This document shows positions 49,162 through 59,773 of a stretch of 61,749 nucleotides of DNA, piece by piece; positions within the stretch are counted from its first letter, which is position 1; every line of letters starts with the position of its first letter. The notes beneath the pieces are model-generated. The model made no database searches. It was given only the letters and a program-made list of their open reading frames with translations, and was not told the DNA's origin. The stretch covers positions 1-61,749 of the forward strand of contig JAAVYV010000029.1 of the NCBI GenBank assembly GCA_022791325.1, written 5' to 3'. The position numbers and the translations under genes were made by a program. Source of the DNA: Clostridia bacterium. GTDB lineage: Bacteria; Bacillota; Clostridia; TANB77; CAG-508.

Positions 49162-50508
49162 CTAATAATATATTTCAAATTGTTGAGAAAACAAATCATT
49201 AGACTTAGTAGTAAATAAATTAAGATTATTATGCTTTCTCATAATTTGTCTTACTTCCCATAAACCAATACCAGTGTTCCCTTCTTTTGTAGAATAACCT
49301 TTTTCATAAATCCTTTCAGTATCGATAGATTTATCTTTATATGTATTTTCTATAATAATTAATTGTAAATGATTTCTTTTATCTTTCCTAAATGAAACAT
49401 TTATAATTTTTTCATCACATTCTTTACTAGCTTCTATAGCATTATTCATAAGTATACCAAGTATTCTAGTAAGTTCGTAAGGATTTATATTAAGAGTATT
49501 TAAATCTAGGAATACTTCCAGACTTATTTTTATGCCAAGTTCATCAGCCATGTGATATTTATTAGCTAAAACATTATAAATGGCTGGATTATTTACAACA
49601 CTTGGGCTTAAAGCTGTTAAATTATTTACTTGTTGGCAATCTTCTACTAGTTTTGAATAATATTCTTTTAAGCCTTCCATATCATCTCTACCAACATATC
49701 CACCAATTCCTTGAACAATATTCCAAAAGTCATGTTTAAATGCTCTGATATTGTCATGAAGTATTTGTAATGTTTTATTGTATAATTGAGCCTCTTCTAA
49801 GCTAGTAGAAGTAGTTTCTAATTTTGAAACTGTGAATATTGTATACATACTAATTAGAAAATATGCTAATAAACTACAAATACTTAAAATAACAATAAAT
49901 AAAGGCAAAACACTCGAATAATAAAAAGTAACGTATAATTGAGTAGCAATTAAAATGATACCCAATATTATAGTTAGTGTTAGCAAAATTATATTCTTCT
50001 TATTAAATATTTCAAGTTTAGGAATTGCTAACTTGTAATATTTAAGTATCACATATATTATAAAAATTATACAATATACAATTGAAGCCAGAGCCAACCT
50101 TTGTATAGGAATATTAATAGCAGAAGAATAATCCTTTAAAAATATAAAAGAATATAGGTTAGCTACTATTGATTCTATAATTGCAGTAGCAAAGAATGGA
50201 ATAGACAAAGCAAATATTGCTTTCCAAAAATGTACTTTTAATATAAATATTATCGATAATACAATTGATATAACATTCAAATATGCATTATAAGGTTTAT
50301 CAAAAAATAATTTTATAATAATTCCAGTGCATCCTACTACTAGCAAATATAATGCTTTCTGTTTCTTAGTAGTTTCTATATTAAAGAGTAAAGTAAATAA
50401 AAGCATAGAAATATAAGCTTCTATAAAATACATAGGTAAAACTAATATACTAGTTAATACCTCATTCGGTGTTGTCAGTGCTGTCCAAATTGTTTGTAAA
50501 GTTTCCAT
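49162..50508 (-). CDS. agrC: AgrC-like GHKL histidine kinase
   Basis: Multi-TM sensor; RAFKHDFWN, ILMNNAIEA, GYSTKEGNTGIGL. Confidence 0.9.
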   Translation of the reverse strand: METLQTIWTALTTPNEVLTSILVLPMYFIEAYISMLLFTLLFNIETTKKQKALYLLVVGCTGIIIKLFFDKPYNAYLNVISIVLSIIFILKVHFWKAIFALSIPFFATAIIESIVANLYSFIFLKDYSSAINIPIQRLALASIVYCIIFIIYVILKYYKLAIPKLEIFNKKNIILLTLTIILGIILIATQLYVTFYYSSVLPLFIVILSICSLLAYFLISMYTIFTVSKLETTSTSLEEAQLYNKTLQILHDNIRAFKHDFWNIVQGIGGYVGRDDMEGLKEYYSKLVEDCQQVNNLTALSPSVVNNPAIYNVLANKYHMADELGIKISLEVFLDLNTLNINPYELTRILGILMNNAIEASKECDEKIINVSFRKDKRNHLQLIIIENTYKDKSIDTERIYEKGYSTKEGNTGIGLWEVRQIMRKHNNLNLFTTKSNDLFSQQFEIYY

Positions 50509-51217
50509 TGTTTTTTAAAACCTCCATTAAATTATTTTTATATTTTGGTCCAATATCGCATTTTAAATTACTTTTTCCATCAAAAATAATTTCATTGCTA
50601 TTGGTGTTTATATTACTAATTTTGTTGATGTTAGCAATATAAGATTTATGACATCTAACAAAGTTGCTAGGTAATGTACCAGATATTTTGTTAAATGAAT
50701 TGTATGTTTCATAAGTTCTTGTATTTGTGTAAAAAACTAACTTCATGCCATCCTTTTTTATAAATCGAACATGGTCTTGATTAATTATTGTATTTTTATT
50801 ATCAAGTCGTATAAATAAACTTTTTGAGGTTTCAGCATTAATATCTTCTACTAACCTAAGTATAGTTTCTGATACTCTTTCTATACAAATAGGTTTAGGA
50901 ATAAAGTCAAAAGTTTTGCATTTATATGCAATTAAAATGTATTCTAAATGAGCACTTGTAAAAATTATATAAATGCTTTTATTGAACTTTCTAATACTAT
51001 TTGCTAAATCTATACCAGAAAGCTCTGCTTTTAGGTCTATATCTAAAAATAATACATCTGCTGTGTTTGACTTTACGTAAGTTAAGATATCTTCAGGGGT
51101 AGTAGAAGAGAAAATAACTTTAGCATTAATATTATATTGCATAAAAATAGAATCTAACATAACTGCAAGTCTATCTAAATTTGCTTTATTGTCATCACAT
51201 AACACAAAACCTAACAT
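50462..51217 (-). CDS. agrA: AgrA-like LytTR response regulator
   Basis: LCDD, FLDIDL, FDFIPKP, FVRCHKSYIAN; overlaps the agrC start by 47 bp. Confidence 0.9.
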   Translation of the reverse strand: MLGFVLCDDNKANLDRLAVMLDSIFMQYNINAKVIFSSTTPEDILTYVKSNTADVLFLDIDLKAELSGIDLANSIRKFNKSIYIIFTSAHLEYILIAYKCKTFDFIPKPICIERVSETILRLVEDINAETSKSLFIRLDNKNTIINQDHVRFIKKDGMKLVFYTNTRTYETYNSFNKISGTLPSNFVRCHKSYIANINKISNINTNSNEIIFDGKSNLKCDIGPKYKNNLMEVLKNNGNFTNNLDSTDNTE

Positions 51218-51592
51218 AATTTTATCCTCCGTGTACTATATACATATTTTGTATATGAAAAAAAATATCAGTAATTTTGAACAAAAAAATTACCTATATT
51301 TTCCAGTTTAGATATATAATAGTTCATATTTCCTATAATGTCAATAGAAAAATAAGAAAAAATGTCGAAACCTGCAAAAGCTTGGCATAAAAGGAAAATA
51401 TTAATATAACTGATAAATAAAAATCAACTTATAAGTTATGAAATAAATAAGATTTTACAAAAAATGTAATATAATATATATAAATTTTCAAAGAAATTTT
51501 TATATAAAAAAAAGACAGTTTCATATAGTATAAAAGTTGATTTTTTATTTAAAATGATAAAATTTTATAAAATGAATGAAGGGAGTTTTGAA

Positions 51593-53401
51593 ATGAGTGA
51601 ATTGCAAAATAGAAGGTATAAAGAAGTTACACCAGAAGAAACAGTAAAAAGATTAAAGAAAATATTGGAGAAAATGCAAATTGAAGTAGAAGAAGTTTGG
51701 AAAGAGCAAAGTAGTGTAGGAACATATTCATTAAGATTGTGTATAAAAGATACAGACTTAGGTCAAAATGGTAAGGGAATGACAAAAGAATATGCAATGG
51801 CAAGTGCATATGCAGAATTTTTTGAGAGATTACAAAATGGGGTATTACGATTTAGAGTAGAAAAACCAACACAAGAATTACCATTTGCTAATTCACCAGA
51901 TGAAAAACGTTTAAGTATTGAAGAATTAGTTGAAAATAATAATAGTTTATTAGAAAGTATAGCAAATATAAATGAATGTAAAGAAGACACAAAAGAAGCA
52001 AAAAAGGAATATGTAAAAGAAGTGATTAATAAAAAATGCGAACTATTAAATGAAGAAAGTTCCTTATCTTTACCATATTATAGTGTAAGAAATAAAGAGA
52101 TACAATATATACCAGATAAATTATTCAATTACCTTTTTGGTTCTAATGGTATGTGTGCAGGAAATTCTAAAGAAGAGGCATTAATAGAAGGTTTATCTGA
52201 AATACTTGAAAGATATGTAGCAATTAAAATTCTAAAAGAAAGATTAGTTTTACCAGAAATTCCAGATAGCTATATTGCAAATTTTCCTAAGGTACAAAAA
52301 ATGTCTGAAAAGTTAAAAGAAAATAGCAATTTCTATTTTAGACTAGTAGACGGTTCTTTAGGTGGAAAGTATCCAGTAGCAGGCTTATACATATTAGAGA
52401 AGAATACAGGAAGATTTGGATTTAAATTAGGTGCACATCCAGACTATGGAATAGCAATGGAAAGATGTTTTACAGAAGCAGCACAAGGAAGAGATATATA
52501 CGAATATGCACAGGTTTGTTTATTTGACTTTTATGAACAAGACGAAAATGAAGATAAAAACTTAAGTAAATTTATATTATCAGACTTTTCATCGGTTCCA
52601 TATCAGATGATAGGACCAGAAACTACATATAAATTTACACAAATGCCAGATGTATCAAAATTAGATAATAAAACTATTTTAAGAAATTTAGTAAATGATA
52701 TTTTAAAAGAAAAGAAAGATATTTTAATTAGAGATTTATCAATATTAGGATTTCCAACATATAGTATAGCAATACCAGAAATGAGTGAATTTGGTTTTGA
52801 CCCTAAATGCAACTATTTAAATGTTATAAATACTGTAAGTAGCGCATTAGAGGATATAGAAAAAATAAATTTAGATAATATAGAAGAAATAATAAAAGGT
52901 ATGGAAATAATTATAAATGAACTTGGTTGTGAAAGTTTATCAATGTTTATAAGTTTGAAAGATACTAACATACTACCTTGTGAACAATTTGGAATGGGAG
53001 CAAAATACTTTTTAGCAATTTGCTATATAATGAATAAAGAATATGAAAAATCTGCAAAGATTTTAGAAGATCTAAATTATATAGAAGATAGTATTGCTAA
53101 AAGTGAACTAGAAAAGGTAATGGTAAAAGCAGTATATTATTATGTTTCAGCAATGGATAAATTAAAAGAACATAAAAAGGCTATGTATTATATTTATATG
53201 CTATTTGATAATGAAATAGCACAAGCAATAGATTTAAGTTTTAATGAAAGAGATAAAATATTATTAAATCATTATGGAATTACAAAAGAAGACTATGTAG
53301 ATAATGATGATTCATATTATTTGCCTTTCATGAAAACATTTAGAGAAGCACAAAGAGATAATATAATAGACCAAATGGAGAATAGAAAAATATTTGAATA
53401 G
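51593..53401 (+). CDS. YcaO-like family protein
   Basis: GKGMTKEYAMASAYAEFFER and NGMCAGNSKEEALIEGLSEILER ATP/Mg-binding motifs; helical C-terminal extension. Confidence 0.9.
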   Translation: MSELQNRRYKEVTPEETVKRLKKILEKMQIEVEEVWKEQSSVGTYSLRLCIKDTDLGQNGKGMTKEYAMASAYAEFFERLQNGVLRFRVEKPTQELPFANSPDEKRLSIEELVENNNSLLESIANINECKEDTKEAKKEYVKEVINKKCELLNEESSLSLPYYSVRNKEIQYIPDKLFNYLFGSNGMCAGNSKEEALIEGLSEILERYVAIKILKERLVLPEIPDSYIANFPKVQKMSEKLKENSNFYFRLVDGSLGGKYPVAGLYILEKNTGRFGFKLGAHPDYGIAMERCFTEAAQGRDIYEYAQVCLFDFYEQDENEDKNLSKFILSDFSSVPYQMIGPETTYKFTQMPDVSKLDNKTILRNLVNDILKEKKDILIRDLSILGFPTYSIAIPEMSEFGFDPKCNYLNVINTVSSALEDIEKINLDNIEEIIKGMEIIINELGCESLSMFISLKDTNILPCEQFGMGAKYFLAICYIMNKEYEKSAKILEDLNYIEDSIAKSELEKVMVKAVYYYVSAMDKLKEHKKAMYYIYMLFDNEIAQAIDLSFNERDKILLNHYGITKEDYVDNDDSYYLPFMKTFREAQRDNIIDQMENRKIFE

Positions 53402-53431
53402 AGAATAATAGAGGGAAAAAATAACATAAAG

Positions 53432-53500
53432 AAAAGAGAATATTTTACCATTATATAGGTAAAGTATTCTCTTTTTTTATATTCTTAGGAAAGTCATCCG
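53432..53500 (+). terminator. terminator followed by the ATATTCTTAGGAAAGT repeat motif
   Basis: AAGAGAATATTTTACC...GGTAAAGTATTCTCTT; same layout at 24814-24875 and 61505-61570. Confidence 0.65.
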
Positions 53501-53984
53501 CGATAGCGGTGAGTTTCCTTAGAAGATAGTTATGGAAGAATTAGATTTTCTTAGCGAAGAATGAGCTTAGAAAATATTATTCTTGTTTTTTAGATGAAAT
53601 TGTAAGGCTGTAGCAATTAATTCCTATGTGTGATGAAAATATATTAATTCTTTAAAATATAACAAAAGAATAACTAAATTTTAATATATAACATTAATAA
53701 GTATTATATATTTTCTATTAAACATGTATAATATCAAAATTATTAAGAAAAGATAAAGTGTAGTATAGTAGAATTTTATAAATATTACAATTATATAACA
53801 TTTTATAAAATTATTTTTTATAGATAGACAAAATAAAAGAAGAATTATATACTATATTACATAATAGAAAGTTTAAGTTTTGTGTTTTTTTAAATTAAAT
53901 TAATATATACTTAAGAAAAATATCAAAACTCAAAAAATAAAAACTCATAGCTTATTAAAAAATATATTTAGAAGAGGTATATGT

Positions 53985-55694
53985 ATGAAGTCAAAGTTAT
54001 CAAAAGAAAAAATAATAAAAATAAGTGTTATAGTAAGTATAATATTAATAGCTAGTTTATTAATATTTATATTATACAAAAACAATATATTTCAAATAGT
54101 AAGAAATAGAATAATTGATAGAAAACCAGAAGAAATAGCAACAAAAACAGAATGCCAAATAATGAAGGTAAATGAACAGAATATGGAAACTGTAATAACT
54201 ATAGAAAATAGTGATGGAATAGAAAGAATAACAGCAGAAGATATAATAATAGAAGGAAATGGAAAGAATAAAATAGCATTAGATAGAATATTAGAAAATG
54301 GAAAAATATATCCAATAAGTGTTAAATTAGTAGGAAAAGAAATAGAAGAGCAATATACAATAGTAGCAGAAAGAGCCCCTATTATAACAATACTAAATAT
54401 TGATACTTTGGGTGACGGAAGTACAAAAACAATAAAAATAGACTATATTAATAATAGTGAAGACAATAATCATTATTACAGTTTAGATGATGGAGCAACA
54501 TGGCAAGAATACACAGGAGAACTAGATATATTAGAAACAGATAATAGAACAATAACAGCAAAAAGTGATGTAAAACAAGAAAAAATAAAAGGTCAAGTTG
54601 TACGAGTACAACCACAAGAAGAATTTCTATCATTAGTAATAAGTAGAAGCCTATTAGAAGCGACAGAAAAGGCAATTATGAAGAATGATACCTATTATAG
54701 AATGGCAATAAAAGATGAAGAATATAGAGTACACACATATGTAGAAAATGGAGATACAACATTTACAAGCAATAGAACTTATGGAAATGCAAATGATGCA
54801 GGAACAGCAAGTAGAAATGCAACTAGTATGGTAATATTAAAAGTAAATGGAAACATAACTATAAATAGTGGAGTAACAGTAACGTCATATGGAACAGGAT
54901 ATGGAGGAACAAAAGGAATGTTGTTATATGCAACAGGAAACTTAGAAAATAATGGCACAATATCAATGACAGCAAGAGGGGCAAAAGCAGTAGGTCAAAA
55001 TGTATACTTATGGAAAAATGAAGAAACATCAACAAGAGGAGAATATGAATTTGTACCTAAAGTAGGTGCAAGTGGAGGAAATGCAGTATATGCCACAGGT
55101 GGAAATAATGGAGTAGCGGGAACAGATAGAAAGACAGGAGGAGGAGGTTCAGGAGGCTCAGCAAGGTCAGGGTATAATCCAGGAACATCAGGAAGAGGAG
55201 GAAATGGAACATCTTATTCTGGAGGACCAGGAGGAGGAGCAGCAAGGAATTCTACAGGTCAACAAGGTAATGACAATGGAGGAGCAGGAGGAAATGCTGG
55301 AAGAGCAAATACTCTTTCTTCAGGATCAGGAGCAGGAGCAGGAAACCCAGGAGGAACTAATAGTACAGGTCAAATTACAGCTAGTCCAGGAGCAAATGGA
55401 ACAGGAGGACTATTGATATTATATGGAAATACAATTGATAACAAGGGAGCAATAGTTTCAAATGGAATGAATGGAGGACAAGGAGAAGCAGCAGGAGGTG
55501 GAGCTTCAGGAGGTGGAAGCATAAATATATTTTATAAAGAGAGTATAACAAAAGGAACGATTTCTGCAACTGGAGGAACAGGAGGTCCATCATACTCATC
55601 TTTTTGGGGACTTGAAGGAAATAGAGGCGGTGCTGGTGGAAACGGAAGTATATCAACAGGTAGCATAGCCACAGGAACATATATTAATAATTAA
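53985..55694 (+). CDS. membrane-anchored protein with glycine-rich C-terminal domain
   Basis: N-terminal TM helix, YYSLDDGATWQEY Ig-like segment, about 200 aa of GGxG repeats. Confidence 0.8.
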   Translation: MKSKLSKEKIIKISVIVSIILIASLLIFILYKNNIFQIVRNRIIDRKPEEIATKTECQIMKVNEQNMETVITIENSDGIERITAEDIIIEGNGKNKIALDRILENGKIYPISVKLVGKEIEEQYTIVAERAPIITILNIDTLGDGSTKTIKIDYINNSEDNNHYYSLDDGATWQEYTGELDILETDNRTITAKSDVKQEKIKGQVVRVQPQEEFLSLVISRSLLEATEKAIMKNDTYYRMAIKDEEYRVHTYVENGDTTFTSNRTYGNANDAGTASRNATSMVILKVNGNITINSGVTVTSYGTGYGGTKGMLLYATGNLENNGTISMTARGAKAVGQNVYLWKNEETSTRGEYEFVPKVGASGGNAVYATGGNNGVAGTDRKTGGGGSGGSARSGYNPGTSGRGGNGTSYSGGPGGGAARNSTGQQGNDNGGAGGNAGRANTLSSGSGAGAGNPGGTNSTGQITASPGANGTGGLLILYGNTIDNKGAIVSNGMNGGQGEAAGGGASGGGSINIFYKESITKGTISATGGTGGPSYSSFWGLEGNRGGAGGNGSISTGSIATGTYINN

Positions 55695-55703
55695 CAAAAA
55701 ATT

Positions 55704-55749
55704 AAAAAGAATTTTTATAATAATAAAAGTTATTATAAAAATTCTTTTT
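55704..55749 (+). terminator. terminator hairpin
   Basis: AAAAAGAATTTTTATAATAA...TTATTATAAAAATTCTTTTT. Confidence 0.7.
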
Positions 55750-55981
55750 AGTATATTAAGGAATCTTCTATTTAAAATTAAAATGTTGATGCAATTATTT
55801 CTTAATTATCTAAATGAAGAGGCGAAGATAAGTTATGAATTAATGTAATTGCCTGAATAAATTAAACACTTTTTTCTACAACAAACATTATGAAAGCTTA
55901 AATTGCACAATAAAAAAATATAAAAGTAATAATATTAAAAAAAAATCATAAAATTAAACAAAAGTAATTGGAGGTAAAATA

Positions 55982-56803
55982 ATGATGAAAGTTATAGAAA
56001 AAGTAAAAAATAAATACATAATACTAAGTTGTGCAATAATAGTGTTTTCATTTGCAATTAGCCTAATAGTATTAGAAGATAATAAAACAGTAACTACAAG
56101 TGCGGGAGTATTAAGTACAAAAAAAATAGAATGGGGAATAAAAAGAAATGATAACCATGAACAACCTGACTTAGGAAGAGTAAATAAGCAAATAATAGAT
56201 GATGCTAAAGGAATAGCAATGGGAAATAAAGAATCTAAAAAGGTATACTTAACATTTGACGAAGGGTATGAAGCGGGAAATACAGAAAAAATATTGCAAG
56301 TATTAAAAGAGAATAATGTACCAGCAACATTTTTTATAACAGCACACTATGTAAATACAAGTTCAGAACTAGTACAAAAAATGATAGATGGAGGGCATAC
56401 AATAGGAAATCATACAGTAAATCATAAAAGTATGCCAAGTTTAAATGAAGAAGAAACTAAAAAAGAAGTAATGAACTTACATGAAGTAATATATAATAAA
56501 TTTGGATATGAAATGAAATATATACGTCCACCAAAAGGAGAATATAGTGAAACATCGCTAAAATATTGTAATAACTTAGGGTATACAACTGTAATGTGGT
56601 CATTTGCATATGATGACTGGGATGAAAATAAACAAGGAAGAGAAGAATATGCAAAAAAGAAAGTGCTAGATAACATTCATAATGGAGCAGTAATACTTTT
56701 ACATGGTAATTCAAAAGATAACACAAACATATTAGACTATTGCATAAAAGAAATAAAAAATATGGGTTATGAATTTAGTAGTTTAGACCAATTTGAAAGG
56801 TAA
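55982..56803 (+). CDS. pdaA: polysaccharide deacetylase, PdaA (spore cortex) type
   Basis: VYLTFDEGYEAG, GNHTVNH, RPPKGEYS, WSFAYDDW, ILLH. Confidence 0.88.
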   Translation: MMKVIEKVKNKYIILSCAIIVFSFAISLIVLEDNKTVTTSAGVLSTKKIEWGIKRNDNHEQPDLGRVNKQIIDDAKGIAMGNKESKKVYLTFDEGYEAGNTEKILQVLKENNVPATFFITAHYVNTSSELVQKMIDGGHTIGNHTVNHKSMPSLNEEETKKEVMNLHEVIYNKFGYEMKYIRPPKGEYSETSLKYCNNLGYTTVMWSFAYDDWDENKQGREEYAKKKVLDNIHNGAVILLHGNSKDNTNILDYCIKEIKNMGYEFSSLDQFER

Positions 56804-56896
56804 ATAGATACTATAAAATGAAACGTAAAAAATATTGAAAAAATAGTGTCAAAAGAATAAATATAAACAGTAAAATAAAGAAAGGCAAAGTATATT

Positions 56897-57184
56897 ATGA
56901 AAGAAAATAGAAGAAGGCAAAAGCAAACACGCTTGCAAAGAGCATTAGAGATACCAAAAGAGATTTCATCAAATGAACCTAAAATTACAATAATGGGTTT
57001 TAATGAAATGCTGATAGAGAACTATAAAGGAATATTAGAATATCAAGAATTCTATATAAGAGTGAGTACATACATAGGAATAATAAATATAAATGGTTTT
57101 AATTTAAACCTAACAGAAATGACATCAGATGACATTTTAATAACTGGAAAGATAGAAACTATAGATTTTGAAGAAATACAATAA
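56897..57184 (+). CDS. yqfC: YabP/YqfC family sporulation protein
   Basis: LEIPKE...PKITIMG...IENYKGILEY; lies upstream of yqfD. Confidence 0.85.
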   Translation: MKENRRRQKQTRLQRALEIPKEISSNEPKITIMGFNEMLIENYKGILEYQEFYIRVSTYIGIININGFNLNLTEMTSDDILITGKIETIDFEEIQ

Positions 57185-57235
57185 TATTAGAAAAATTTAT
57201 TATTAGCAATTATTAGCAAAATAAAAAGTATACTT

Positions 57236-57335
57236 CCCAAAAGTGACGTTATGCCCAAAAACTGCCAGATACCCCAAGAGTGCCAGATGCCCCAAAACTG
57301 ACAAATACCCCATTTGGAAACGTCCCCAATGGGAA
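57236..57335 (+). repeat. expanded pre-RBS element (four ~18-bp subunits plus terminal module)
   Basis: CCCAAAAGTGACGTTATG / CCCAAAAACTGCCAGATA / CCCCAAGAGTGCCAGATG / CCCCAAAACTGACAAATA / CCCCATTTGGAAACGT / CCCCAATGGGAA. Confidence 0.85.
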
Positions 57336-57355
57336 CTAATAGGAGGAAAAAAATT

Positions 57356-58549
57356 GTGTATATAAGAATACTTTTAGCATACATACTAGGATATTTAAAT
57401 ATTGAAATAGAGGGATATTTTGTAGAAAAATTTATAAATATATGTATATCAAAAAAAATATTTCTATGGAATATAAAAAGAACAAAAAGTAGTAATTCAG
57501 CTATTGCATATGCAAATATAGGAATAAAAGATTTTAAAAAAATAAGCAAAATTGCAAAAGCTACTAAATGCAAAGTATCTATAAAAACTAAAAAAGGACT
57601 TCCTTTTATATGTAACAAATATAAAAAAAGAAAAGCATTTTTCGTTCTATTTATAACTATTGCTATACTATGTATATTCCTATCAAACTTTGTATGGAAC
57701 ATAGAAATAATAGGAAATAATACCATAGCAACTGAAGAAATTATGAAAAACTTAGAAGAGCAAGGACTAAAATTAGGAAGTTTCAAAAATACAGTAGATA
57801 CAAAGAAAATAATTAATAATATGAGACTTAAAAGAAACGACCTAGCATGGATAGGAATTAATATAGAAGGAACAAATGCTACAGTAAAAGTAGTAGAAGC
57901 AGATAAAAAGCCTGAAATAGTAAATGAAGAAGATTATTGTAATATAGTTGCAACAAAAGAAGGAATAATAGTAAAAGTAAATGCACTAAATGGGACTCCC
58001 CTAGTAAAAGAAGGTGATACTATAAAAAAAGGTAGCTTACTTATAGGTGGGTGGCTAGAAGGCAAGTATACAGGAACTCGTTATGTTCATGCAAATGGCA
58101 GTGTTTATGCAAAAGTTTGGTATTCAAAGAAAGAAAAAATAGATCTAAAACAAACAAACAAAAAGCAAACAGGAACACAAGAAAATAAATATTCCGTAAA
58201 TGTAAATAATTTTAAAATAAATTTTTATAAAACTCTTTCAAAATTTGAAAATTATGATACAATAGAAGAAATTAAAAAAATAAAAATATTTTCAAACTTT
58301 TATTTACCTATACAAATTGTAAAAAATACAAACTATGAGCTAACATTTGAGAATGTAGAATATACTGTAGAAGAAGCAAAAAGAATAGGCGAAGAAAAAG
58401 CAAAAGAAACATTAAAAAATGATATACAAAATAAAGAAGATATTTTAAATACATATATAAATTATAATGAAACACCAGAGTCAGTAGAAGTAGAAGTTAT
58501 ATATGAAGTACTAGAAGAAATTGGAGCAAAAGAAAAAATAGTCTTTTGA
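57356..58549 (+). CDS. yqfD: stage IV sporulation protein YqfD
   Basis: GTG after AGGAGG; FVWNIEIIGN, WIGINIEG, NIVATKEG, PLVKEGD, LIGG. Confidence 0.9.
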   Translation: MYIRILLAYILGYLNIEIEGYFVEKFINICISKKIFLWNIKRTKSSNSAIAYANIGIKDFKKISKIAKATKCKVSIKTKKGLPFICNKYKKRKAFFVLFITIAILCIFLSNFVWNIEIIGNNTIATEEIMKNLEEQGLKLGSFKNTVDTKKIINNMRLKRNDLAWIGINIEGTNATVKVVEADKKPEIVNEEDYCNIVATKEGIIVKVNALNGTPLVKEGDTIKKGSLLIGGWLEGKYTGTRYVHANGSVYAKVWYSKKEKIDLKQTNKKQTGTQENKYSVNVNNFKINFYKTLSKFENYDTIEEIKKIKIFSNFYLPIQIVKNTNYELTFENVEYTVEEAKRIGEEKAKETLKNDIQNKEDILNTYINYNETPESVEVEVIYEVLEEIGAKEKIVF

Positions 58550-58564
58550 AAGGATTGATATACA

Positions 58565-59773
58565 ATGGAAGAAAGAAGTTTAAGGATTTATGCAGATAAA
58601 ACCTTTTTCACAAAATTAACAAATACATTAACAAAAATGTTAATTCCTACAAAAATAGGAATTAATAGTGTAATTATTTCAGTAAAAAGAAATAATGTAT
58701 TAAAAAACTATGAAACATATAGTAAAGTAAGTAATCAGAGTGATGAAACTAAAAAAGAAACTTTAGAAAAAAAATATGAAGAAACATATAGCCTATACTT
58801 AGAGGCGATAGATAAACATGTAATGGATTCAATATATAAGAAAGTAAAAAATGGAACAGCTTCTGAATTTGAAAAAGATGCATTATCTAAATATTATAAT
58901 ATTATAAAAATAAAAGACACAGAATACCTAGAATACAAGTATAGAAAACAAAAATATCTATTAGAGTTAGACTATGAGCTAGTTCAAAGTCTAAATAAAG
59001 AAAAATTACTTAACAAATACAAAGAATTTTACATCAGTAAAATAGATTCTTTATATAAAGGGCTATTAAAACACTTTTCTATAAAACTTGCAGATAACTT
59101 ATCTAGCCAGAATAGAAACATAGTATATGAAAAAATATTTAATGTGCTAGAAGAATATATTACAACAATACTTCCAATAAAATTAGAAATAAGCGAAAAT
59201 AATACATACAAGGAAGTAATAGAAGAATACGATAAGTTTGAAAATTATGCAGTAGGAAAATTAGATCAAAATGAATTAATAGAAAAGAGAATGGTTTTAA
59301 TAGCACTTAGTAGAAAGTTATTTACACATAGTCTTCCATTAATAGTAGCAGAGCAATGCTATATAAAATTACTAAAAGACGTAAGAAGCCTAATAGTAGA
59401 TACAAAAATTGCTAAAAAAAGAGAAAAAGCATATACATTACTAATAAAATTAATAGAAGAATATAATACAAAATTACTTTCTACAAAAGTGTATTGGGAC
59501 AAGCCAGAAAAGAAAGAAAGATACAAAGTATTTTGGAGTAAATATACAGAGCTAGTAAATCAAAAAGAAAACCAAGAAGACTATACGAGGAAAAAAGAAA
59601 TATTATTCATAAGAAGTGATTTAAAAGAATTATACTGTAATGAAAATAAATACTTCAAAATAATACAATTCTATAAAAATAAATTAGTTTCATTAGGAGC
59701 AATGAAAAACATAAAGGATAAGTGCAAGTCACAAGGAACATATATAGGAAGGAAAGTACTATGCAGGAGTTAG
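58565..59773 (+). CDS. hypothetical alpha-helical protein
   Basis: 402-aa ORF with native codon usage; overlaps the ybeY start. Confidence 0.8.
   Translation: MEERSLRIYADKTFFTKLTNTLTKMLIPTKIGINSVIISVKRNNVLKNYETYSKVSNQSDETKKETLEKKYEETYSLYLEAIDKHVMDSIYKKVKNGTASEFEKDALSKYYNIIKIKDTEYLEYKYRKQKYLLELDYELVQSLNKEKLLNKYKEFYISKIDSLYKGLLKHFSIKLADNLSSQNRNIVYEKIFNVLEEYITTILPIKLEISENNTYKEVIEEYDKFENYAVGKLDQNELIEKRMVLIALSRKLFTHSLPLIVAEQCYIKLLKDVRSLIVDTKIAKKREKAYTLLIKLIEEYNTKLLSTKVYWDKPEKKERYKVFWSKYTELVNQKENQEDYTRKKEILFIRSDLKELYCNENKYFKIIQFYKNKLVSLGAMKNIKDKCKSQGTYIGRKVLCRS

Noticed and set aside
51218-51592. AgrA/LytTR binding direct repeats and a RiPP precursor ORF
   Set aside because: AGTT-containing repeats are spaced 16 and 18 bp rather than about 21 bp, and I found no credible small ORF with an RBS.
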